Below are positions 49,359-58,106 of a stretch of 64,000 nt of DNA, in pieces. The stretch spans positions 960,001 to 1,024,000 of the forward strand of contig OZ220732.1 of assembly GCA_965116905.1 (NCBI GenBank), given 5' to 3'. The first letter of the stretch is position 1; each line of letters opens with the position of its first letter. A program made the translations under genes and the position numbers. Source of the DNA: Longimicrobiales bacterium (GTDB taxonomy: Bacteria > Gemmatimonadota > Gemmatimonadetes > Longimicrobiales > Gaopeijiaceae). The notes below the pieces were generated by a model, which was given only the letters and a program-made list of their open reading frames with translations, did no database searches and was not told where the DNA came from.

Positions 49359-50992
49359 GCGAAAACCCCATGCAGGAACCAGCGCGGCCCGCTCCCCTCC
49401 CGGAACAGCCAGTAGCGGCGACCCGCTTCATCCACGACCAGGTAGTAGTCGCGGGACGGAGCCTCCTCACGCCACCACTCGCACTCCAGCCGCTCGGGCC
49501 CTTCCACCGCGCGCACCTGGTGGAGCCGCCCCTGCCGGTGAAAGCCTCGCAACCGGCGACGCGAATCACTGTTGCTCGAGGTGCGATCCGGGACCTCGTC
49601 ACCGGTCGTGGCGGGAGGTGGCCCGCCGTTTTCCGCGATGACGACATTCACCGGCTCCGGAGGCGAAAGCAGGCGCAGCGGCCGCAGGCGATCCTCCGGC
49701 CAGTTCGCGACCGATCCGGGTTGCGCGGCGGCCCATCCCGCCGCCCGCTCCGGCAGCCAGCTCTGACGCGGCACCGGCCGCCCGATGCGGCCGAAGCCGA
49801 AGCGGTTCCCCAGCCGGTCGAGAAGATCCGCCAGTTCCTCCTCATCGGCGGCCCGGTATCCCCCCGCGGTCTCGCCGGAGCAGTCGATCTGAAGTTCGTC
49901 GACGGTCTCGACCACGTCGGCGGCCAGAACGATCTCGTCGATCCCGAAGCCGGGCTCGACCTGCTCCAGCTTCTCGGCGAACAGGCCCATGAGAGGCCTC
50001 TTCCGGCGCAGCGGACGACTGGTGCCGATGGTCACGGTCCGCCTACCGCCGTCCACCCGGTTGCAGGTGAGGTGCAGCCGTCGTGCACCCTCGCCGGACC
50101 GGCCGAGCCCCAGACAGAGATCGTCCAGCAGCCCGTCGAGCGCCGCACGCAGATCCGCCGGTCTGGAGATCGGTTCGGCGAAAGCACGGTGGGCCTCGCG
50201 CGGGGACAGGGGCCGCAGCGGCTCGATCGGTTCGTCGATGATCCCCAGGGCCTGCTCAAGCCGCCTGACCGGTTCCATCCCGAAGCGCCGGATAAGTTCA
50301 ACGGATTTTATGACAAATAGTGCGGAGATTTTGTCCAGCCCGAAGGAAGCAAGCCCGTCCGCCACATCGGCGCTCAGACGCAGGGCGGCTACGGGCAGTT
50401 CGGCCAGCGCATCCCTCAGGCCGGACGGCCCGGCGCCGGCCGGTGCCACGGCCGGATCCTCGGCGCCGTAGTGCGCCAACGCCCACGCGGCTCCGGGAGT
50501 GTCGGCGAGGGCCAGCCGCACGGTCAGCCCGAAGTCTTCCAGCGCGGCCCGCAGCGACGCCGTGAGCGCCTCCTCGCCGCCGAAGAGACGCGTGCAGCCG
50601 GCGATGTCGAGGAAGAGCGTGTCCACGCCGTCGGGCATGACGCGCGGCGTGAAGCGGTCCGCCCACCGGGCGAGTTGCTCCAGCGCCAGGGCGTCGTCCG
50701 CGGGGTCGGCGGGGCGGACGACGACATCGGGTACGACGGCCCGCGCGTCGGCCAGCGGCATGCCGTGGTTGAGGCCCGCACGGGTGGCGAGCGGGTTGGC
50801 CGCGCCGATGATCAGCCGGTTGCGGCTCTCCGCGACGGTGACAAAGGGATGGGTGCGCGCCTCGGGCCGGTGCCGGGCGAGCCTCTCGGTGGGCCACCAG
50901 GGAAGCCAGGCGGCGAGGATGCGCCGGGAGATGCGCGGGCCCCATCGGGCAGGCGCACCGGATTTGATCGAGGCCGTTCGTTCACGAGACAT
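49355..50992 (-). CDS. imuB: ImuB (inactive Y-family polymerase)
   Basis: GMPLADARA, RFTPRV...LFLDIAGC, LADTPGAAWALA, GPERLECEWW...RDYY; coupled to dnaE2. Confidence 0.93.
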   Translation of the reverse strand: MSRERTASIKSGAPARWGPRISRRILAAWLPWWPTERLARHRPEARTHPFVTVAESRNRLIIGAANPLATRAGLNHGMPLADARAVVPDVVVRPADPADDALALEQLARWADRFTPRVMPDGVDTLFLDIAGCTRLFGGEEALTASLRAALEDFGLTVRLALADTPGAAWALAHYGAEDPAVAPAGAGPSGLRDALAELPVAALRLSADVADGLASFGLDKISALFVIKSVELIRRFGMEPVRRLEQALGIIDEPIEPLRPLSPREAHRAFAEPISRPADLRAALDGLLDDLCLGLGRSGEGARRLHLTCNRVDGGRRTVTIGTSRPLRRKRPLMGLFAEKLEQVEPGFGIDEIVLAADVVETVDELQIDCSGETAGGYRAADEEELADLLDRLGNRFGFGRIGRPVPRQSWLPERAAGWAAAQPGSVANWPEDRLRPLRLLSPPEPVNVVIAENGGPPPATTGDEVPDRTSSNSDSRRRLRGFHRQGRLHQVRAVEGPERLECEWWREEAPSRDYYLVVDEAGRRYWLFREGSGPRWFLHGVFA

Positions 50993-51001
50993 GGCCCGTG
51001 T

Positions 51002-51030
51002 AGGATAACCGAATATATACCGAAGATCAA
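51002..51030 (-). promoter_or_regulatory. imuB promoter with candidate damage-response operator
   Basis: TTGATC-N17-TATCCT, 9 nt to the ATG; spacer TTCGGTATATATTCGGT. Confidence 0.7.
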
Positions 51031-51078
51031 ATTTCCGGGCCATGGACGATTCCCTTGACCGAGCCCGTCCCATCCCGA

Positions 51079-53056
51079 CATGCCGGTGTCCCTGGATTTG
51101 CCGCGGAAACGCGGGACTCACGCGGCCTGGGCGGGCGGTGGGGGATTGTCCTCGCGTCTGCGGCGGTCCGGAACCTCGGGTCTGCGGTCGGTTCTGCGCT
51201 CGGCCATGCCGGCCTGCTCCACCGCCTCGCTTGGCTCGCCGGCCTGCTCCACTGCCTTGTCGGGCTCGCCGGCCGCCTCGCCCGCCTCCGGTGCCTGCTC
51301 CACCGCCTCCCTCGCCGCGGCCTCGATCTCCCATGGGATCGCCGAGTCCAGGAGTCGTGCCGCTCCGTTGTACATCTCGCCGGGGGCGAGCGGGGGCGGG
51401 GGCGGCAGAGGCAGCTTCGGCTCCGGCAGCGGGGGCGCGCTCGCGACCGCCGCCCCGCTGCGCGCGAAGAACACCGCCCGGCCGCGCCGGTCGAGCGCCA
51501 TCCGGACCCTGCCCTCGTGCACGAGCCGGTGATGCCGCCGGCACAGCAGCACCGTGTTCGCCAGACTCGTCTCGCCGCCGTCGGCCCAGTGCCGGACATG
51601 ATGCGCCTCGGTGAACCGGCTCCCGCAGGCCGGGTACCGGCAGCCCCGGTCCCGTTCCTCGAGCGCCCGGCGGAGGTGCGGCGGGATGGTCCGCGTCTTC
51701 CGCCCCACGCTGACGACCTTGCCCTCCCGGTGCAGCATCCCCACCAGCGACGCATCGCACGCCATGCGCCGCGACGTCTCGGCGCTCACCCGCACCCCGT
51801 CGAGCTCCGACCGGCCCCCCTCGCCGTCCTCCTCCAGCGTGGCCATCTCGGTGTGCACCGTCACCTGGTACCGCTCGGCCCGCGTCCCGCTCGGCGTCGC
51901 CTCCGCGTCCCCTTCCCCCGCGTCGACCCCAGTTCCCGCGTCGGCCCCCTCTCTCGCGTCGGCCCCCGCCCCCAGCCCCGCCGCCAGCGCCCGCTCGGCG
52001 ACGAGCCCCATCGCATCGGCCCTGCGCTGGCGGCTCCGTGGCCGCGCATCGGGGTCCTCGCCCCGGTACAGCGCGTCGCTCGCGGCCTCGATGGCCCGCA
52101 TCAGCACGGCACCCGCCTCGGGCTCGAGCCGGCCCCGCACCACGTACGTCCCGTCCGCGGCGATGACGACCGACAACGTGCGGGCCCGGTGCCGGGCCTC
52201 TTCGGCCCCGATCTCGCCGTCGCGCGACAGGTGCTTCACCCCCCGCACCATGCGCTCCACCGCCGCGGCCGAGCCCTTGCGGGCGTAGTCGAGGAGTTCG
52301 GCCTCGGTCCGGGACGTGGCCACCCGGGTGATGGCCCGGGCCTTGGCGTAGGAGAGCCGCCCGGCCTTCATCTCGGCCGAGGTGGCGGGCAGGTCCTCGA
52401 GCGCATGCGCGACGCGCACGTTCTCGCGGCAGGTGGCGACCGTGCGCCCGGTCCGCCAGGCGAGCCACTCGGCGCAGGAGTCGAAGGCGTCGGCCCACCC
52501 CTCGCGGCGGTCGAACTCGGCGACGAGGGTGAGCATCTCGTGGGTGGCGATGTTGATCCGGGCGGCGAGTTCGGCGATCCGCTCTCCGAGTTGCGTGGTG
52601 TTCATGTGATCCTCCAGGTTCAAGTCCGGCAACGGCTTATGTGTGGTGAGACTGTCGCACCTGAAATTTAACCATGGATTTTTCGGCCTTCCGTACGGCC
52701 GCAGGACGCACGATCTCGGGGCAAAACGACGTGGAAGGGCCGCCGAAGCCCGTTCGCCCGTCAGCGGGCCGCCGGTGGCTCCTGGGGGCCACTCGCCAGC
52801 GGGTCCCGGACCTCGCCGTAACCGCCATTTCAAAACCCGTCTATAGCAGGATCGGCCTGTGTTTCGACGGTTTGGGACAGGGGGGGTTGGAGAGCGCGAT
52901 CCCGGGATCGGTCCGGGGGGATGGGCTGCGGAGATGGGCCAATGGGCTAACGGATGTTGCCTCAGTCTGGCCTGCGGCTGGCCGGGGCACCGAGGTGGCG
53001 GCTGCCGCGGATCGCCCCCCCCACGTTTCCGCGGCAAATCCAGGGACACCGGCATG
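51079..53056. mobile_element. Candidate transposase-less element: DUF222-HNH gene bounded by 33-bp perfect inverted repeats
   Basis: 51079-51111 CATGCCGGTGTCCCTGGATTTGCCGCGGAAACG is the exact reverse complement of 53024-53056; extends to 37 bp with one mismatch. Confidence 0.6.
51118..52605 (-). CDS. DUF222-like domain + HNH endonuclease
   Basis: GGAGG RBS; SCAEWLAWRTG, GRLSYAKARAITRVA, QRRADAM, RRMACDA, RDRGCRYPAC...AHHVRHWADGGETSLANTVLLCRRHHRLVH. Confidence 0.9.
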   Translation of the reverse strand: MNTTQLGERIAELAARINIATHEMLTLVAEFDRREGWADAFDSCAEWLAWRTGRTVATCRENVRVAHALEDLPATSAEMKAGRLSYAKARAITRVATSRTEAELLDYARKGSAAAVERMVRGVKHLSRDGEIGAEEARHRARTLSVVIAADGTYVVRGRLEPEAGAVLMRAIEAASDALYRGEDPDARPRSRQRRADAMGLVAERALAAGLGAGADAREGADAGTGVDAGEGDAEATPSGTRAERYQVTVHTEMATLEEDGEGGRSELDGVRVSAETSRRMACDASLVGMLHREGKVVSVGRKTRTIPPHLRRALEERDRGCRYPACGSRFTEAHHVRHWADGGETSLANTVLLCRRHHRLVHEGRVRMALDRRGRAVFFARSGAAVASAPPLPEPKLPLPPPPPLAPGEMYNGAARLLDSAIPWEIEAAAREAVEQAPEAGEAAGEPDKAVEQAGEPSEAVEQAGMAERRTDRRPEVPDRRRREDNPPPPAQAA

Positions 53057-53130
53057 CTCCTATGGGCGCCCGCCCGCCGACGCGCCGCTCCCGCCGCCGC
53101 TCCCGCCCGCCGACACGCCCACCCTTGGAC

Positions 53131-53176
53131 GCGCTCCCCCCGCCAGCGCAACGGCGCTCCCCCCGTCAGCGCAACG
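53131..53176. repeat. 23-bp tandem duplication in low-complexity DNA right of the element
   Basis: GCGCTCCCCCCG(C/T)CAGCGCAACG x2. Confidence 0.8.
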
Positions 53177-53583
53177 GCGACCCACCAACCAAATCGACCG
53201 ACCGCCAGGTCCACCGGCCAGCATGCCGTTGCAAGCCAGAATGTGACGAGCCCGCCCTCTTCCGAATCGACGAGACCACCCTGACGTAACGTTAGGGTTA
53301 GCGGAAAACAAATCTCTCGCGGACCCGGAACACCTGTCCATGACTTCTCCAGGGCCTGATCCGGATCGACGACCTGGCGCACGCGCCCCTGAAGTCTGCG
53401 GATCGGGCGGGGTCAGCGTCCCGTTGCGGCCCCGGCCTGCCGTTGCAACATTTGTTCCAGGCTTCCGGCTGGGCTGCATCGCCCTGGGCTGCATCGCCGG
53501 CCTGCCCGGCACTGGACCGGGGACCGGGGAGCGGGAGCCGGACGCCGGACCCGCGACCCGACATACGGAGCGGACCGCATGCC

Positions 53584-54603
53584 ATGAAGAAGAGGAGCCG
53601 CGCACCGAGCCCGTTTGGCATTGCGGCGCTGGACCTGTTTGCGTCGGCCCTCGGCGCCTTCATTCTGATCGCGGTCGTCATCTTCCCGATGATCGGGGAG
53701 GCCGTGCCGGACATTCCGGCCCCGCCCGCGCCGACCGTCATGGCGGTTCCAACGCCCGACTCGGTCATATGCCCGGTGTGCCCTACATGCCCGGTCGTCG
53801 CCGCCGTCGTGGAGCCGATCGCCTGCCCGGTGTGCCCCACATGCCCGGTTCCGGAACCCGTGCCGGAGACGATCTGCCCGGCAGTTGCCGTACCCGACCC
53901 CGTGGAGTGCCCGGTCTGTCCCACGGTGCCTGCCACGGTGCCTGCACCGGTCATCTGCCCGGAGCCCGCCCCCGCGCCCATCCAGGTAAACGCTCCGCAG
54001 TTCCGGTTCCCCCATCTCGACATCATCATCGCGCTGGACGTCACCAACAGCATGGGCGGGCAGGTCGCCAACCTCAAGGCGGAGGTCGAGCAGCTTGCCG
54101 TCCTTCTGAACCGGATCTCGCCCAGCTTCGGCATCGGGATGGTGGCGTTCGGAGATCGCCGGTGGGAGAGCCCGCTGTTCCTGTTCCCGTTGCGGGAGCT
54201 CTCCGGTCCGGCCGCGAACCGCGATGCGTTCCGCACGTTCGTGAACGGCCTGTCGGTCGGCATGGGAACCGGAAGAGGCAGCAACCCCGACAGTCCCGAA
54301 GCCTTCTACGACGCGCTTTCGGCGGCGTCCCGCATGACCTGGCGGCCGCGATCCGAGCGGAGGGTCGTCGTTCTGGTGACCGACAACCCGGCATACAGCG
54401 ACGAGATCGACCGATCCATACAGGTCGCGACCGGCATCGGACGCCCCGAAGGGCATCGGGTCTCCACGGTCTACGTCAGGACGGGGGGCACGAACACCGC
54501 CACGGAGGAGTTTCTCCAGAGCGTCGCCGACGCCGGCGGTGGTCAGTACGTGCGGGACGTAGGAGGCTCGCTGACGGTCAACCTGCTTCTGTCCCTTTTC
54601 TGA
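53584..54603 (+). CDS. vWA-domain protein with MotB/ExbD-like N-terminal TM and Cys-Pro-rich linker
   Basis: AALDLFASALGAFILIAVVIFP TM with Asp; CPVCPTCP repeats; MIDAS DVTNSM, VLVTD. Confidence 0.85.
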   Translation: MKKRSRAPSPFGIAALDLFASALGAFILIAVVIFPMIGEAVPDIPAPPAPTVMAVPTPDSVICPVCPTCPVVAAVVEPIACPVCPTCPVPEPVPETICPAVAVPDPVECPVCPTVPATVPAPVICPEPAPAPIQVNAPQFRFPHLDIIIALDVTNSMGGQVANLKAEVEQLAVLLNRISPSFGIGMVAFGDRRWESPLFLFPLRELSGPAANRDAFRTFVNGLSVGMGTGRGSNPDSPEAFYDALSAASRMTWRPRSERRVVVLVTDNPAYSDEIDRSIQVATGIGRPEGHRVSTVYVRTGGTNTATEEFLQSVADAGGGQYVRDVGGSLTVNLLLSLF

Positions 54604-54679
54604 CCGGTCCCGCCTGGCTGGCGGCGCGGGCGCGGACCCGTTGGCCCCTGGCCGACGCCGACATCGGGAGCGGGCCCCG

Positions 54680-55594
54680 CTACCCCCGGCCGGAACTCCG
54701 CTCCTCGTGCAGCCTGTTCGACAGATTGCCGAGGCAGTACTGGCCGATCCTGTTCAGGGCACCCTCTTCCTTCTCCTGAATGATGTGCATCGCGAACATC
54801 AGCACCGCCGATTGCAGCAGGGCGAGCAGGGTCGTGTAGAACGCAACCCCGAGGTCTCCCGTCAACTGCTCCATCATCTCGGGTCCGATCGACCCCTCCA
54901 CAATGCTGGCGCCCGCGAACATGAACCCGGCGCTACGCATCGCGAACGCGATCCCCAATACGGTTCCGATGAAGCCGAGCGTCGGTATCAGCCAGACGAC
55001 GTAGCGCAGCATGTTGTACCGCAACTCGATTTCGTGCTGGTAGAGTTCGAGCGACCCGTTGGTCATCGAGTTGACCTGGTCCACCGACCCGCTGTTGCGG
55101 AACTGCAGAAGCGCGCCGGTCAGCAGGCGTTGCAGCAGGTACCGCTTCTCCGGGTCGGACTCGACCACCCGTTGGTAGATCGGGGCCAGGTCGCGTTTGC
55201 GCAGAATGGTCTCGTCGTCCTCAGGCAAAAGCCCCAGGCGAACCTGCTCGCCTTCCCGGCGGCCGGCAAGATGGCGCACCACCAGCTCTCCGGCGGCCGC
55301 GCAGAAGGCGAGCCACATCACGTTCTGTATGGTGAACGGGTAGGGGAAGATCCGGGTGTTCCTGTCGACCAGCAGTTCGGCGGCCATGCTGTTGTCGCCG
55401 GCCGGGAACACGTACGACAGAGCCCCCACGAGGACGATCCCGGCCAGCAGCGAGACGAAAAGGGTCACGGCCCGGAACGGTACCTGCTCGCCCCTCTCCG
55501 CGGGCCGCTGCGAGGTGCGCGTCCACTCCGAAGTCGACCCCGAAGGCTCCGAAGTCGACCCCGAAGGCGCGCCCGCGTTGTCGCTGTCGCTCAT
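54680..55594 (-). CDS. MotA/TolQ/ExbB proton-channel family protein
   Basis: WLIPTLGFIGTVLGI and LGVAFYTTLLAL; ATGA overlap with the LRR gene. Confidence 0.9.
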   Translation of the reverse strand: MSDSDNAGAPSGSTSEPSGSTSEWTRTSQRPAERGEQVPFRAVTLFVSLLAGIVLVGALSYVFPAGDNSMAAELLVDRNTRIFPYPFTIQNVMWLAFCAAAGELVVRHLAGRREGEQVRLGLLPEDDETILRKRDLAPIYQRVVESDPEKRYLLQRLLTGALLQFRNSGSVDQVNSMTNGSLELYQHEIELRYNMLRYVVWLIPTLGFIGTVLGIAFAMRSAGFMFAGASIVEGSIGPEMMEQLTGDLGVAFYTTLLALLQSAVLMFAMHIIQEKEEGALNRIGQYCLGNLSNRLHEERSSGRG

Positions 55595-57036
55595 GGCCGC
55601 CCGCACTCCGGAAGGCGAACCCCGCCCAGTTGGGGATTGATGCCGGACTCGAAGCGCATCAGCGGCTTCGGTATGCATCCCGACAGGCGATTGTTGCTCA
55701 GCGTCAACCGTTTCAGGCTGGTCAGGTTGGCCAGTTCGCCAGGTATCTGCCCGGAAAGCTGGTTGCCATTGAGGGCGAGGAGTTCGAGTTGCCGCAGTCT
55801 GCCGAGCTCGGGCGGTATCCGGCCGGCGATCTGCGTGCGGGACAGGCGCAGCCGCTTGAGGCTCGCCAGGTTTCCGAGTTCGGGAGGGATGATCCCGGTC
55901 AGCGGGTTGTTGTACAGGTGCAGGTCCTCAAGGCTCGATATCGCACCCAGTTCGGCCGGAATTTGACCCGAAAGCTGGTTGTTCTCGAGGAACAGCGCCT
56001 TGAGTTTGCGCAGCGAGCCCAACTCGGCCGGAATCGCGCCGGAAAGCTGGTTTCCACCCAGGTTGAGGAGCTCAATCTCCGCCAGGCGCGCGAGGCGGGT
56101 GGGAATCACGCCCCCCAGATTGCGCGCGTTGAGATCGAGCCCCACTACGTTGTCGCCCCGAGACCGAACACCCGTCCAGGATCGCCGGTTCAGGGCGAGG
56201 CGCCAGTTCAGGTCGCCGGTGGTCCCGGCCAGATCGTTTCTCGCGGCGAGCAGCAGCTGGTCGTCGGTGAGCCGCTCTTCGGTGCGTCGCCGCGCCGCCT
56301 CCATGGTCTCGGCCTGTCGCTGCTGCCGGTTCCCCAGCCGCTCGGCTGCGGTCCGGCGCGCCTCGTCCAGCCGCGCCGCCTCCGCCTGACGCGCCTGCTC
56401 CGCCAGGCGGGCTTCCTCCGCCAGCCGTTCCTGCTCGGCCAGGCGGGCTTCCTCGGCCAGGCGGGCTTCCTCGGCAATCCGCTCCATCTCGCGGCGGGCC
56501 TCGTCGGCGAGCCGCTCCTCCTCGGCCAGACGGGCCTCTTCCGCCAGCCGCCGCTCTTCCTCACGCCGGGCGGCGTCGCGGCGGGCCTGTTCCGTGACCC
56601 GCTCCTCGCGAGCGATCCGGCGTTCTTCGGCCAGCCGCTCTGCCTCGGCCTCCAGCTCGTCCAGGCGGCGCTCCTCCTCCGCCTGCCTCTCCGCCTCCCG
56701 GCCCGCTGCCAGCAGTTCCGACAGGCTGGTGCGGTCCAGGTATCCGGTGGCCTCGATACCCCGGTCGGTCTGCCATTCGCGGAGTCCTTGACGGGCTTCG
56801 GGTTCCAGCACGCCGTCGGCGTCGCCGGAGTAGCGGCCTTCGGCGGAGAGTCCCATTTCCACCAGCGCCACGACATCGGTGCCAAGCCCGAGCCGGGCCT
56901 CCAGGGCGGCGGCGCGCTCCTCGGGCGTGAGGGTCCGGTTCCGTGCCACGAACACCATGAGGGCAGCTGCGCCCACGATGATGGTGACGCCGGCGGCATA
57001 TGAGAGACGACGAAGAGCTGCCCCGGGGCGGCGCAT
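55591..57036 (-). CDS. TM + peptidoglycan-binding domain + EARLAE coiled coil + plant-type LRR protein
   Basis: YSGDADGVL...REWQ...ATGYLD; (EEARLA)n; about 7 LxxLxLxxNxLSGxIPxELG repeats. Confidence 0.85.
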   Translation of the reverse strand: MRRPGAALRRLSYAAGVTIIVGAAALMVFVARNRTLTPEERAAALEARLGLGTDVVALVEMGLSAEGRYSGDADGVLEPEARQGLREWQTDRGIEATGYLDRTSLSELLAAGREAERQAEEERRLDELEAEAERLAEERRIAREERVTEQARRDAARREEERRLAEEARLAEEERLADEARREMERIAEEARLAEEARLAEQERLAEEARLAEQARQAEAARLDEARRTAAERLGNRQQRQAETMEAARRRTEERLTDDQLLLAARNDLAGTTGDLNWRLALNRRSWTGVRSRGDNVVGLDLNARNLGGVIPTRLARLAEIELLNLGGNQLSGAIPAELGSLRKLKALFLENNQLSGQIPAELGAISSLEDLHLYNNPLTGIIPPELGNLASLKRLRLSRTQIAGRIPPELGRLRQLELLALNGNQLSGQIPGELANLTSLKRLTLSNNRLSGCIPKPLMRFESGINPQLGGVRLPECGRP

Positions 57037-58106
57037 CACCGGCTCCAGACGAGACCGATCTCGGTACGGCCCAGGGCGCGCCTGATGAACAGATCCGGTC
57101 CGCCCTCGGCCACTGTGGTTCCCTGCCGCGACGGCAGCGCGGTCACGCGCGAGATCGCCTCGATCTCGGACTTCTTCCTCGACCCGAGCACCCAATCGAC
57201 CGCTCCCCAGACTCCGAGCACGCTCCCCACACCGATGAACCAGTTGTTTGCGGTTTCGGTCCGGTCCCGCCTGTGCACCGCGGACAGGTACTGCCACTCC
57301 GTGTCGTAGTCCGCCCGATCCGGAACGCCCAGCCAGGGCAGCCACCTCACCGTCGCGTAGGAGCCGCCCGCCATGATGGTGCCCCAGAGGAACTTCCTCT
57401 TCCCCGACTCGCGCCTCGCGGTGGCGTCCCTGTATTGCTCCTCGAGAGCCGGACTGGCCAGCGTGGGGAGCTCTCCTTCCATCGTCTCCATGTCACGCCT
57501 TCCCAGGATGTAGTCGGCGGCACCCCATGAGAGGAGGCCGGCACCACCCAGCAGGACGGCATTCCTGACGGTCCTCGCCGTGGCGTGTCTGTCAACGGCG
57601 GCTTGATGGGAGGCCGAGTCGGCATAGGCGTCCTCGTCTCCCGCCTCGAACACGATCCCGGTTGTAGCAATGGCGACGACGGCCAGCGTCCCTCCCCAGA
57701 ACCACCTTTTCAGGCCCGACGACCGACGCGCCTTCGATCTCTCGTATTGCGCGTGGATGTCCGGGATCACGGACCCCGTCGCTGGGGGCTGCGCTCCGGC
57801 GGACACGGTTCCCACGACCTCGACTTCCGTAGCGAGGACATATCCGATCAGGTCGTCTTCGCCGGGCTGGCCGGGTATCGACACGATATGGTACGGACCC
57901 GACTCTCCGATCCAGTCCAGCGTCGCACCGGCCGCCAGGTTGGCGACGACGGGGCTGGAATCGGACGGATCGAGCCGGACGGCCGCGCCATTGCCGAGCG
58001 CCCTGACCTGTTGGGCCGAAGCGAGCCCGTGTCCGATAGCGGGTGCTGCGAAGGAGACTCCGAGAAACATGAGGCCAGCGCCGACCAGGCCGTGCTTCAG
58101 CTTCAT
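57036..58106 (-). CDS. Secreted SH3-domain protein with duplicated hydrophobic hairpin
   Basis: Signal peptide; VRLDPSDSSPVVANL...GYV SH3b-like segment; two internal repeats; TGATG overlap with the LRR gene. Confidence 0.7.
   Translation of the reverse strand: MKLKHGLVGAGLMFLGVSFAAPAIGHGLASAQQVRALGNGAAVRLDPSDSSPVVANLAAGATLDWIGESGPYHIVSIPGQPGEDDLIGYVLATEVEVVGTVSAGAQPPATGSVIPDIHAQYERSKARRSSGLKRWFWGGTLAVVAIATTGIVFEAGDEDAYADSASHQAAVDRHATARTVRNAVLLGGAGLLSWGAADYILGRRDMETMEGELPTLASPALEEQYRDATARRESGKRKFLWGTIMAGGSYATVRWLPWLGVPDRADYDTEWQYLSAVHRRDRTETANNWFIGVGSVLGVWGAVDWVLGSRKKSEIEAISRVTALPSRQGTTVAEGGPDLFIRRALGRTEIGLVWSR

Noticed and set aside
49355..52498. 1047-aa ORF as an extended ImuB fusion
   Set aside because: The N-terminal half is an off-frame read of the HNH gene; ImuB similarity and the promoter geometry place the start at 50992.
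52606..53382. Long N-terminal extension of the HNH protein (754 aa)
   Set aside because: Low-complexity Arg/Pro/Gly sequence crossing the inverted repeat; a good RBS precedes the ATG at 52605.
53584..55594. Zorya, flagellar motAB or tolQR assignment
   Set aside because: No ZorA-type long tail, no OmpA-like MotB/ZorB domain, and no zorC/D/E, flagellar or tolB/pal genes nearby.
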